A stretch of DNA of 64,000 nt, from positions 1 through 64,000 of the forward strand of contig CAVRFW010000007.1 in the NCBI GenBank assembly GCA_963720565.1, read 5' to 3'. The stretch's first letter is position 1, and the number at the start of each line of letters is the position of its first letter. Made by a program: the position numbers and the translations under genes. Below the pieces are notes generated by a model. That model had not been told where the DNA came from. It searched no databases and was given only the letters and a program-made list of their open reading frames with translations. Positions 45,039 to 54,380 of this stretch are shown here, piece after piece. The stretch comes from Candidatus Bathyarchaeota archaeon. GTDB lineage: Archaea; Thermoproteota; Bathyarchaeia; Bathyarchaeales; Bathycorpusculaceae.

Positions 45039-46271
45039 ATGAGAGCTATGTATTCTGTTGTTATCCTTGCCCTTTCCACTTTCATTGTCAACATGGGCGC
45101 AAGCATGATGACTCCCTTTCTCCCGGTGTATGCCAAGTCGTTTGGCGCGACGCTTGGAATCGAGATAGGTCTTTTCACCTCCATGTTTCTTTTGACCAGG
45201 ATTTTCATGAATTATTATTCAGGCAGGAAGTCTGATCGGCTGGGGAGGAAGAGGCTGATTGTGTTGGGCATTGTCATCTGTGCTTTTTCCTCGTTTCTCT
45301 TTGCTATTCCTGTGGGTTGGTATGCTATTTTGGGTGTGAGGGCTCTTCAGGGTGTGGGTTCAGCCATGGTGTGGGTTCCGTCTACGGCTCTTTTGGGGGA
45401 TCTTATACCGCGGGGGAGGAGGGGGTTTGCAATGGGAGTGTATAATTCTCTTTCTATGGCTGGGTGGGTGCTTGGTCCTGGGCTGGGCGGTGTAGTGCAG
45501 GGTTATTTCCGTACTGCGGGTTTGATGTCGCTTGAGGGGAGTTTCCAGGCGGTTTTTTTCGCGTTTGCCCTCTTGCAGGCGGCTGCTCTCGTGTTAGTTG
45601 TTGCCGTTATCCGGGAGCCAGGGGTTAGGCATGGAGGTGAGGCAGAGGAGGAGGTCAGCCAGGAAATGGATGTTTCTGTGAAGAGGTCTCTTTTGGTTAT
45701 GTCGCTTCTGGTTTTCTCTTTCGCGTTTATAGTTGCGCTTATCGAGCCTCTTCTCGTGTATCATGCCCAGCTGGCGTTTGGTCTCTCGGCGGACGAGGTC
45801 ACCTCGAGCATGACAGTTGTTTACCTGGCCTCTGGAGGTCTTGTTATTGGGGCTCAGTTGGTTGCGGGCTTGCTTGCGGACCGTTTCAGCAAGAAGGTCA
45901 TAATTGCCGTTTCGGCCTTAGCTGCCCAGGCTTTGGCGTTTCTGATGCCGTTCGCTGTAGACGTTGCGAATGTGGGTGTCTTGATTGTTCTGTGGTACGG
46001 TTTCTTCAGCCTCGCCACGCCTGCTTACCTGGCGCTTCTGCAGGATCTGTTTCCCCAGCGCCTCAGGGGAACGTTGACCGGGGCGTTCCTGACGATATTT
46101 GATTTGGGCTCGTTAGCTGGACCGATTCTCGGGTTTTTAGTCTATGACAACGTCTCGGCAGCGCTGCCGTTTATAATGAGCGGGATGCTTGGCGTCCTCA
46201 CGGTGATCGCGTTCTTTGCTTACGTGAGGGAACCTGCTCGGGAAGGAAGAGAAATGCGAAAGACGGATTAA
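45039..46271 (+). CDS. MFS transporter
   Basis: GRKSDRLGRK motif A, RALQGVGSA, about 12 TM segments. Confidence 0.93.
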   Translation: MRAMYSVVILALSTFIVNMGASMMTPFLPVYAKSFGATLGIEIGLFTSMFLLTRIFMNYYSGRKSDRLGRKRLIVLGIVICAFSSFLFAIPVGWYAILGVRALQGVGSAMVWVPSTALLGDLIPRGRRGFAMGVYNSLSMAGWVLGPGLGGVVQGYFRTAGLMSLEGSFQAVFFAFALLQAAALVLVVAVIREPGVRHGGEAEEEVSQEMDVSVKRSLLVMSLLVFSFAFIVALIEPLLVYHAQLAFGLSADEVTSSMTVVYLASGGLVIGAQLVAGLLADRFSKKVIIAVSALAAQALAFLMPFAVDVANVGVLIVLWYGFFSLATPAYLALLQDLFPQRLRGTLTGAFLTIFDLGSLAGPILGFLVYDNVSAALPFIMSGMLGVLTVIAFFAYVREPAREGREMRKTD

Positions 46272-46303
46272 GCTGGTGTCTGAAGAATAGAGTCAATAAA
46301 TCG

Positions 46304-47960
46304 TTGGAGAGAGGCTTTCTGACCGACCACACCCGCCTTGTACAGGAGATAGAGGATACGATCGTTAAGGATTTCGGGATGACTTACCCCGAGATCAAGC
46401 GTTTTCACTCTTCGCTTTTGGGAAGCATAACCGCTCAGGCCAGCAGGTCCCCCGTGTACGAGGGGCTTGCAACGGTCTCAGACGTGGCTCGTCTAGGCGA
46501 GCTTCCCTTGACGACTTATTCTCATGTTCAGGATTGTTTCGATCGGCTTGGCGTTGAGAAGGTGCTGCAGGCTCCGGCAGCTAGGTTTTGGCACACGTCT
46601 GGTTCGACGGGGAAACCCAAGAAGGTCTACTATGGGAAGCGCGACTTGGATGAGATTGCCCAGGGGCTCCTCCAGTTGCTCTATCTTTGCGGGGCTAGAC
46701 CGTGGAATAGTGCCTGGGTGTTCACGGCGAGCGGTGGAGAGACTCTCTTTGGCTTAGTTTTGGACAAGTACGGATTGGAGGGAACCATAAGTCCTCTGGC
46801 GGGTGAATTGGACCTGATTAAGGCTCTAAGGGAGGCGTCTAGGCTCGATAAGATAGATGTCATGGTTGGGGTGACGTGGCTGTACCTGCTAATGGATAGG
46901 ATCGTGAAGGACCCCCAGGATTTTAAGAGGCTCGTGGCAGGCGAGGTGAAGAAGAAGGTGAAGATCCTAGGTCTCTCTTGGCTTGTGACGCGGTATCTTC
47001 TCAGGGGCATTGACTATGCCCGGCTTGACCGCTCATTGCAGAACGCGAGGCTTGGCTTTTCCCATGCTGAAGCCCTCTCGCCTTATCTGCCTAAGATCAG
47101 GGAGGTTTACCCTAACCTAGAGATGCATGATGTCTTCGGGGCAACGGAGCAGTGGGTCCAGGCCATACAGGTCTCGCCTGAGAAGAATTGGCTTAGCTTT
47201 TTCCTCAGATACTCCATACCCGAGATAGCTCCGCCGGAGGAGATCCTGAAGGGGAAAGACTGACAGGAGCTACAGGGTGAAGGGTGTGCCGTGGTACGAG
47301 TGGGAGAAGGGCTTGAAAGGGGAGCTTATGCTTACGCGCGCTAACGAGTGTTTGCCGCTGGTGAGGTACGCCACGGGCGATCTCGTGGAGGTGATGGACC
47401 CTGCCTTCAGCTTTGAGGTTATGCTTGAGCGGGGGAAGCTGCAGATTACTCTCCCGGCCATAAAGGCGCTGGGGAGAGCTGCGGACTCGGTGGACTTCGC
47501 TGGAGCGGACGAGTCCGGTAACTTTCTGGGCTTCAAGGTCTACTCGCGACAGATCAATGACGCCCTGATGGGGATAAAAAACGTGAGGTGGTGGGAGCTC
47601 TACCACGTGAAGGGGAGCCCCGGCAAGTTCGTCTTCCTAATAATCCCGGAGAACACTGTCTCTGATGAGACCGCATTTAGGAACGAGATCCTGCGTTCCC
47701 TTGTTTACATGTTTGATGACTTCACGGCAGCTGCCCAGGGGAGAGCATTCCTGGTGGGAGGGACCGCTGCCATGGAGGACCAGAGGAACTACTTGGATCT
47801 AATGATAACGCGACCATCTGCCTACGACTTGATTGACGCGGAGATCAAACGGAGAATAAGAGAGGGAAGGACCATGGGGCAGCTCAAACCCAAGAGGGTC
47901 TACGTAGTGGACAACGCCGAGGCCTTGACCGCTCTCACGCAGGAGAAGATGGAAGCCTAA
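46304..47960 (+). CDS. ANL-superfamily adenylate-forming enzyme, phenylacetate-CoA ligase/GH3-like (frameshift near 47265)
   Basis: HTSGSTGKPK, DVFGATE, GELMLT, PLVRYATGD, LGRA. Confidence 0.8.
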
Positions 47961-48047
47961 GACCGGTTTTCTTCAAGTAGAGCGCACTGACGTTAAAGAG
48001 CGAAACACTTATTGGTCATTCTCTTCAGGAAAGTAGTTGGTGATTGT

Positions 48048-48386
48048 ATGAAGATTACGCGTGTTTATGAAATTGGCGGATTTCAGAATCCTCATGCAGT
48101 TGAAGCGAAAAGATTGTATGACACAGACAATGCTGAAGCAATTCACATGGCGTTGAAGCCGGGGCAATCCTTGAAAAAGCACATCACGCCAGTGGATGTC
48201 TTCTTCTATATTCTGGAAGGCAAAGGCATCGTTGAGATTGGCGACGAAAAACAAGACGTAGAAAAGGACATGCTAATAGAGAGCCCGAAAAACTCGCCTC
48301 ATCTGCTTCGCAACACTGGACAAGACACCTTTAGGTTTCTAGTGGTGAAAGTGCCTAAGCAGAAAGAACCTACAAAATTCCCCTGA
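48048..48386 (+). CDS. Cupin domain protein
   Basis: LKPGQSLKKHITP, FYILEGKG, PKNSPH. Confidence 0.9.
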   Translation: MKITRVYEIGGFQNPHAVEAKRLYDTDNAEAIHMALKPGQSLKKHITPVDVFFYILEGKGIVEIGDEKQDVEKDMLIESPKNSPHLLRNTGQDTFRFLVVKVPKQKEPTKFP

Positions 48387-48625
48387 GTCGGCAGCGCACG
48401 CTTGGAATAATCCTTCTGAGGTTGTTACTAGTTTATCCCATGTCCTTTTTCCATGTTGTTTGGCAGTCTTCGCGTGGCCACACTTTCTTTTATGTCTAAT
48501 AATTGTCTAAATAGTTGTACATATGTATATTTCATATTTACATATATGAACAATAGTCCACAATACTTAAATAATTCTGGACAACAGATGTGTTAGAAAC
48601 TGGTTTGGTTGGAGTGGGAACAGAG

Positions 48626-48700
48626 ATGAAGCGCAAATTCAAAGATTGCGAGAAAACCGGAATCGATCCGATAAAGTTAGCTATAGAAGAGGAGGTGTAG
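48626..48700 (+). CDS. Putative 24-aa small protein MKRKFKDCEKTGIDPIKLAIEEEV
   Basis: GGAGTGG RBS-like sequence, TATA-like CTTAAATA upstream. Confidence 0.35.
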   Translation: MKRKFKDCEKTGIDPIKLAIEEEV

Positions 48701-48705
48701 GACAG

Positions 48706-48813
48706 ATGTCTGACTTTGCAATTGCCTTAGCTGGGGCGGCCTCACTTTTCTTTTCATTTGTATACTACAGAATGGAAAGAAACAGCAGAATATTGAACTC
48801 CAAAAAAGAGTAG
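48706..48813 (+). CDS. Putative 35-aa single-TM small protein MSDFAIALAGAASLFFSFVYYRMERNSRILNSKKE
   Basis: Strong GGAGGTG RBS, TM helix with basic tail, oligo-T terminator downstream. Confidence 0.55.
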   Translation: MSDFAIALAGAASLFFSFVYYRMERNSRILNSKKE

Positions 48814-48999
48814 GCAAAACCCCTATTTTTATTTTTTCAGCATTCTACCATGGCTGGCGTTTTGCTATGCCACCTGATGAGATCGCGCTACTGCTTCTCC
48901 ACTTTTTGTGAACAGCTAGCAGGTATCCGCCGAAGCCCGGTATCCACACAATGTTTAGAAGGCTGCCGCGCGCTACGTAGTTTTCCTTTCAATGAGGAC

Positions 49000-49764
49000 T
49001 CATTCTACAATTCTCTTGAAGCTTATAGAGGCCAAGACAAACATTGCCCCGTCAAATAACGCTATGGCTAGCAAATCGATTGGAAGGTTAGACAAGTTCC
49101 CGCTAATCATCAGGCCTCTTACAGCGTCGACTATGTAACTCATGGGGTTGAAACGCGAAAACTCCTGCAAGATGGGAGGCATAATCGAGACAGGGTATAG
49201 TGCGTTGCTTGCAAAGAAAAGAGGAAAGGTTATGGCTTGGCCTATGCCCATGAATCTTTCTCTGGTCTTCAGGAAAGAGGCAATGAGGATGGATATTGCT
49301 GCAAATCCTCCGGAGGCAAAGAATACGATTAGGAGAGCCAAAACAAAATACGCGATGTTAGGGAAGAAATTGACTCCGACAAGTAATGCCACTGGAACGA
49401 TGATTAGGGCTTGAAATACAGCCCTGACGCCAGAAGCCATCGATCGGCCTATGACAGTGGCATATCTGCTGGCGGGTGTAACGAGAAGCTTCTTCAAGAT
49501 TCCTGAGTCTCTTTCCCAGACAATGGTTAAGCCGTAGAAGATGGAAACGAAAGTTGTTGACTGTATGAGTATGCCTGGAGTAATGAAGTCCGTGTAAGGT
49601 ATACCGCCGGTTGGTATCGCTGCAATGCTGCTCATTATGGTGCCGTAAACCACTATCCATAGAATAGGTTGAATTGCTCTAGTATAGAGTTCTGTTCTGT
49701 CATGTTTTAGTCTGCGAAGCTCGAGTTCAATCATCACGAGCATTGTTCTCAAAGAGTCTAGCAA
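49000..49764 (-). CDS. ABC-2 exporter permease (DrrB-like)
   Basis: YTDFITPGI, WERDSGILKKLLVTP, FFASNALYP, NPMSYIVDA. Confidence 0.92.
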   Translation of the reverse strand: MLDSLRTMLVMIELELRRLKHDRTELYTRAIQPILWIVVYGTIMSSIAAIPTGGIPYTDFITPGILIQSTTFVSIFYGLTIVWERDSGILKKLLVTPASRYATVIGRSMASGVRAVFQALIIVPVALLVGVNFFPNIAYFVLALLIVFFASGGFAAISILIASFLKTRERFMGIGQAITFPLFFASNALYPVSIMPPILQEFSRFNPMSYIVDAVRGLMISGNLSNLPIDLLAIALFDGAMFVLASISFKRIVE

Positions 49765-49766
49765 AT

Positions 49767-50762
49767 CTATCCCCGCTTAATCATGCGTCTGGTTTGCGTG
49801 ACGTCGCTGATTCGTCCGCCGGATTCAAGCCTTATTCCAGCATACTTTTGGAAAACGTCATCTAAAGTTGGCTTGGTTATGGAGGCGTTCGTAACAGAAA
49901 TGCCTTCCTCCCGTAGAACCTCGACAACATCAGGCAGAAGTGATTCAGCATCTTTGGTAATGACGGTTAATGCTGAATTGTTTATGATGACGTCGTTAAC
50001 TGAATTTAGCTTTCTGATTTCGCTCAAAGTGTCTTCGTTAACGCTATTGGATTCTATGCCGAGCATGATGACTTCGCCTCCGACTGAACGTTTAAGCTCT
50101 GCTGTTGTGCCTAACTTTACAATCTTTCCTCCATTGATTATGGCTATTTCGTCAGAGTATAAGTCGGCTTCATCCATGTAGTGCGTGTTGAAGAATATCG
50201 TGGACCCATGCTCTTCCCTGATAGAAGCGAGTTCCTCCCAGACCGCTTTTCTCGCAGAAGGATCTAAACCAATAGTGGGTTCGTCTAAGAATAGAATCTT
50301 GGGCTTTGTCAAAAGCGTGCATGCAATCTCAAGTCTTCTGATCATTCCGCCAGAATATGTCTTGACTAGCTGGTTTCCAACATCGCTTAAACCCATTTTT
50401 CCTAGTACGTCCTCAATAACTCTCTTCTTGGGTGATGGAACATTGTAGATTTTGGCGTAGATAAGGAGATTCTCGTAGCCGCTTATGTCGGTCCAAACGC
50501 TCATTTCTTGAGGGACATAGCCCACAAGTCGCCTTATTTTGGCGCCATCGCGGACCACGTCCAATCCGAAAACGGAGGCTGCACCCGAGGTGGGCTTAAG
50601 CTGCGTGGTCAAAATTCTTATCAATGTGGTTTTGCCGGCGCCGTTGGGACCGAGAACAGCAAAAACTTTGCCGACCTCAACTCTCAAATCAACGCCGTCT
50701 AAAGCCCTAACCTTGCCATCATAAACTTTTGTTAATCCTCTAACGTCAACAGCGAACTCCAT
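49767..50762 (-). CDS. ABC exporter ATP-binding protein (DrrA-like)
   Basis: GPNGAGKTT, YSGGMIRRLEIA, LDEPTIGLDP, PTLDDVF. Confidence 0.94.
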   Translation of the reverse strand: MEFAVDVRGLTKVYDGKVRALDGVDLRVEVGKVFAVLGPNGAGKTTLIRILTTQLKPTSGAASVFGLDVVRDGAKIRRLVGYVPQEMSVWTDISGYENLLIYAKIYNVPSPKKRVIEDVLGKMGLSDVGNQLVKTYSGGMIRRLEIACTLLTKPKILFLDEPTIGLDPSARKAVWEELASIREEHGSTIFFNTHYMDEADLYSDEIAIINGGKIVKLGTTAELKRSVGGEVIMLGIESNSVNEDTLSEIRKLNSVNDVIINNSALTVITKDAESLLPDVVEVLREEGISVTNASITKPTLDDVFQKYAGIRLESGGRISDVTQTRRMIKRG

Positions 50763-50941
50763 ACTCCACCAAATACCTCGTTGAGTGAGTAAAGGATTCA
50801 GAAAAATTAACTCTGATTTAGGTCTTTCCTATCATGTCAGAAGGGCAGTGCACAGAAGAAATATGCAAGAGAGTCTATTCCAATTCAGGCATGTGTCCTG
50901 AACGAGCGCAACTCTTAGTGGTCAGCACGCGCTGGTTGGTT

Positions 50942-51673
50942 TTATTTCCATTTTGTCAGTATTTCTTCTCGTTGGAAAGTCGCTTTGCTTACATAGAACA
51001 GGGCTACGACTGCGATGGCCATTGCGCCTGATAGTATCAGCGCGAGCGTGTCGGCCGGCATGAACCCAATCGTTGAGCCTAGAAGTAGGATTAGTATGAT
51101 TGGGAGCACGACTAGACTGCCTAGCTGCTGTGCTGCCCTCACGTCGCTGACTCTGGAAGATACTATGACGTTGGCTTCTACACTTAGGATGCATGCTAGG
51201 GGTGCTACTAATCCGACTATGATGATCCAGTTCAAGTTTGGCAACAGGAAAACTCCGAGGTTCATGTACGACCAAGCATCTGCGACTACAACGTAGGCTG
51301 CGGCGCCGATGTAGGTTGCGAGAATGCAGGGAAGAAAAGCGGCTAAGCTTTTGCCGAATAATAGCTCTCCATCAGTTGTTGGGGTAGCCAACAGCGGCTC
51401 TAGGCTCTTCTCAATTTTTTCGCCGACGAAACTGTAGGAGGCGATGACTGTGGGAAGAATCGAGGCCATTACGGCAAAGTACATGTTGAGCACACTCAGA
51501 ATTAGAGTTACGGCTTCTGCGGGAACATCGGCGGGCAAGAAGAGCAGCATGACCAAGGGGAGTATGAGACCGAACATCAGCGGCATCGCAAGTATGGAGT
51601 AGAATATGTACTTGTTCTTTCTGAAAACGCTAAAGTCTTTGGTTGTGACGATCCAGGCCTTCCAGAACCTCAT
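50942..51673 (-). CDS. ABC-2 transporter permease
   Basis: SFVGEKIEKSLEPLLATP, ELLFGK. Confidence 0.9.
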   Translation of the reverse strand: MRFWKAWIVTTKDFSVFRKNKYIFYSILAMPLMFGLILPLVMLLFLPADVPAEAVTLILSVLNMYFAVMASILPTVIASYSFVGEKIEKSLEPLLATPTTDGELLFGKSLAAFLPCILATYIGAAAYVVVADAWSYMNLGVFLLPNLNWIIIVGLVAPLACILSVEANVIVSSRVSDVRAAQQLGSLVVLPIILILLLGSTIGFMPADTLALILSGAMAIAVVALFYVSKATFQREEILTKWK

Positions 51674-52599
51674 TTGACATCGTTCTCCCTGATCATTTTT
51701 AGGTAAACATCCTCGAGCGTGGATCTGAGTTCGGTGACAAATTGCACGTTGGCGCCTGCAGCTATCAGAGTACGGACAATCTCCGGGTTATCGTGCTCGG
51801 GGTCGTCCACGTCGAGAACCAGTTTGTTGTCTACGACTCGCGCATTCTTGACCGCGCCGAGCTTTCTAACCGCGGCTAGTGCCTTTTCGTCGGTTCGTTG
51901 CAGGTGAACCACGGTCTTTCTGGCCTGCAAGCCCCTAGCCAAGCTTCCGGGCGCGCCGATCGTGAGTAGCCGCGTTTTAAGTATGCCGATGCGGTCACAG
52001 AGCCTCTCCGCCTCGTCGAGGTTGTGGGTGTTGATGAATATGGTTCGTTTCTCTCTTTTGAGTTCAAGAATGAAGTCTCTGACTGTTTTGGAGGCTTCAG
52101 GGTCCAAGTTTGCGGTTGGCTCATCCAAAAACAGCAGTTTTGGGTCATGGATTAGGGCTCGGGCGATTGCTATTTTCTGTTTGGTGCCCTTGGAAAAGGT
52201 GCCCACGAGATCGTTTCTTCTCTCCCAGATGCCAAGCAGGCTCAGCAGATGTTTTATGTTCTCTTCGCGTTTTTGGGGTGGAACCTCGTAGAGTTTGCCG
52301 TAGAAGTCCAGGTTCTTGATTGCGCTTAGGCTGTCGTATAATCCGACGTTTTCGGGCAGCAACCCAACCATCTTTCTGATTTCTAGGCAATCCTGGGGGC
52401 TGTCCACGCTGAGGTCGCCTATCCTTGCGGTTCCGCTGGTCTTGGCTATCAGGCAGCAGAGCATCCGTATCGTGGTGGTTTTTCCAGCTGCATTCGGCCC
52501 AAGAAAACCGAAAACTTCGCCATCATCCACCTTTAGGGTGAGGTCTTCTACTGCTGTTAGCTCGCCGAATTTTCTGGTCAAGTTTTCTGTTTCAATCAA
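51670..52599 (-). CDS. ABC transporter ATP-binding protein
   Basis: GPNAAGKTT, FSKGTKQK, LDEPTANLDP, THNLDEAERLCD. Confidence 0.94.
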   Translation of the reverse strand: MIETENLTRKFGELTAVEDLTLKVDDGEVFGFLGPNAAGKTTTIRMLCCLIAKTSGTARIGDLSVDSPQDCLEIRKMVGLLPENVGLYDSLSAIKNLDFYGKLYEVPPQKREENIKHLLSLLGIWERRNDLVGTFSKGTKQKIAIARALIHDPKLLFLDEPTANLDPEASKTVRDFILELKREKRTIFINTHNLDEAERLCDRIGILKTRLLTIGAPGSLARGLQARKTVVHLQRTDEKALAAVRKLGAVKNARVVDNKLVLDVDDPEHDNPEIVRTLIAAGANVQFVTELRSTLEDVYLKMIRENDVK

Positions 52600-52626
52600 G
52601 CTTTAGCCCTATGCCCCGTGTTCTTT

Positions 52627-52884
52627 TCAAGTCTTCTCGTATTTCGAGTCTTCGATGCGTTTCTTCTCGTACTCTTCTTCGGTGAATGGCTTTTTTATGG
52701 TTTGCGTCTTCTCCGAAATAGGCCAAGTGATTGGGTCCTTGACTGAGGAGTAAAAGTTGAACCAGCCTCTCTTGTTGCAGGCAGGGCACTTCATAAGATG
52801 GTAGGGACCAACGTGCAGCGACAGTATGTTCGATAACCCAGCCTCGAAAACGTTTGTGCACTTCTTGCACTGAAGCCTTACCAT
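52627..52884 (-). CDS. Small zinc-ribbon protein
   Basis: CKKC...LHVGP..KCPAC. Confidence 0.75.
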   Translation of the reverse strand: MVRLQCKKCTNVFEAGLSNILSLHVGPYHLMKCPACNKRGWFNFYSSVKDPITWPISEKTQTIKKPFTEEEYEKKRIEDSKYEKT

Positions 52885-53018
52885 AACAACCGCTACTCCA
52901 ATGTTCCCTTCTAATATTAATAATTAGCGAGGAGCGCGTGAAGATTTTGTTTAAGCTGAAGTCAAAACGAACTAAATAACTCCATTCCAAAGAATGGGGA
53001 AATCAGCGGCATCTCCAT

Positions 53019-53543
53019 TCATTCAAGATTGACTAGAATTTTTGGTTCTTTCCACTCTTCCCTCAGAATGCTGTATATGCAGTCGTCTCTCCATTTCCCT
53101 CTGCAGAAGAAGGTCTTTCTCAGAACACCTTCCCTCTTGAATCCGACCTTCTCAAGAGCTTTCCATGATGCTATGTTTTCTGGGTCAGCTTTGGCTTGAA
53201 TCCTCACTATGTTTCTTGAGAGGAACAAGTAGTCGATCATTATCTCAATGGCTTCGCTGACATACCCCTTGCCTCTTTCATCGGGCACAACAAAGTATCC
53301 AAGCTCTGTTTCGCCTGCTGCCAGAAAATGAGCAACGTAACCGATCTTTGTTCCGTCCTTCTTCTGCACAAAGAACCACTGTGCATCTTTGAGATTGTCG
53401 AAGGTTTTCTCCAACTCAGTTTTCGTCTCTTGTCTAAGAGGCTCATATTCACCCATAAACTCAGGAGTGTTATCCCATTCCTGCAAGACTCCTAGATCCT
53501 CTCTTTCCATTACTCTGAGGTTCACAGTTTTGCCTTCAAGCAA
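53019..53543 (-). CDS. GNAT acetyltransferase (RimJ/RimL family)
   Basis: ERGKGYVSEA, ENIASWKALEKVGFKREGVLR. Confidence 0.92.
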   Translation of the reverse strand: MLEGKTVNLRVMEREDLGVLQEWDNTPEFMGEYEPLRQETKTELEKTFDNLKDAQWFFVQKKDGTKIGYVAHFLAAGETELGYFVVPDERGKGYVSEAIEIMIDYLFLSRNIVRIQAKADPENIASWKALEKVGFKREGVLRKTFFCRGKWRDDCIYSILREEWKEPKILVNLE

Positions 53544-53799
53544 ACCTTAACACCCGTTTTCACTAGTTTTCAGTCTTTGACGGTTAAGACTTTTGGCATT
53601 CCCCACCAGAACGGTCTCAAATGCTTCAGTAGAAGAGTGCATGAAGATTTTAGCGCGGGCGTATGGTTCTAACGCTTTGTGCTACAAAGAACAACAGGTC
53701 ATAAGCCCCAGTCTTTCACTATCGTTGATAACGCGCGAAAATCCAAGCTCAAAGGGGATCATTCTTAAATATTGTTAGACCAATTGGTTTTGAAGCAGA

Positions 53800-54258
53800 T
53801 TGCCCACTTATCGTAAGCCTAAAAGAAGTGACTGGTCAAAATCACTAATTTTCATAGGAGTTTATGTTGCAGGCATTTCCATTACAGCTTTCTACCTGCT
53901 AGTCAGTTACTGGTACCTCTGGATAGCGTTAGTGGCAGCTGGATTGATGCTGCTTGTTTTATGGCACGCTAAATCTACTGCTTACAGTTGCCCAACATGT
54001 GGCTCAGAATTCGAAATTTCCGCATTAACCGATTTTTTAAGCCCTCACGGAGTAACCAAGGATGGCGGTTGGTTATTCTTGAAATGCCCCGTTTGCGGTA
54101 ACAGGTTAAAAATGCAAGTATTAGTTAAGACAAAAGACAAATCAAACTACCTCCGCTCTTATCACTGGCTTCCTGAAGAGTTTAAACTGAAATCAGAACG
54201 AATATCTTGTCAAACTAAAATCAAAAAGAACCCCTTGAAACTTGATAATAGACTCTGA
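53800..54258 (+). CDS. Two-TM membrane protein with zinc ribbon
   Basis: Two TM helices, YSCPTCG..FE..SPHG..LKCPVCG. Confidence 0.75.
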   Translation: MPTYRKPKRSDWSKSLIFIGVYVAGISITAFYLLVSYWYLWIALVAAGLMLLVLWHAKSTAYSCPTCGSEFEISALTDFLSPHGVTKDGGWLFLKCPVCGNRLKMQVLVKTKDKSNYLRSYHWLPEEFKLKSERISCQTKIKKNPLKLDNRL

Positions 54259-54283
54259 GAATTCCTCGTGCAAGGTTTCTTGT

Positions 54284-54324
54284 TAGTCAAGGAATTTTGA
54301 CTAGAAAAGGGCGTGTTTAGTCAA
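54284..54324. promoter_or_regulatory. TAGTCAA-N6-TTGACTA inverted repeat plus a third half-site upstream of the surface-protein array
   Basis: Perfect 7-bp arms at 54284-54290 and 54297-54303; TAGTCAA again at 54318. Confidence 0.5.
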
Positions 54325-54380
54325 GAGACCTTTACAAAAACCCCTTTTAGCACCCAAACCTGCATAGTAGAGGAACAGAG

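Noticed and set aside
400..47280. Selenocysteine, pyrrolysine or programmed-frameshift explanations for interrupted genes (for example TGA in padR and at 47261)
   Set aside because: Downstream parts continue in different frames at scattered positions with no shared slippery or SECIS signal; sequencing indels are the simpler explanation.
53666..53780. Possible integron attC site (TTCTAAC...GTTAGAC), and other YTAAC motifs after genes (16651, 17256, 28882, 44138)
   Set aside because: No complementary L boxes or extended stem, gene orientations are inconsistent with a cassette array, and there is no integrase.
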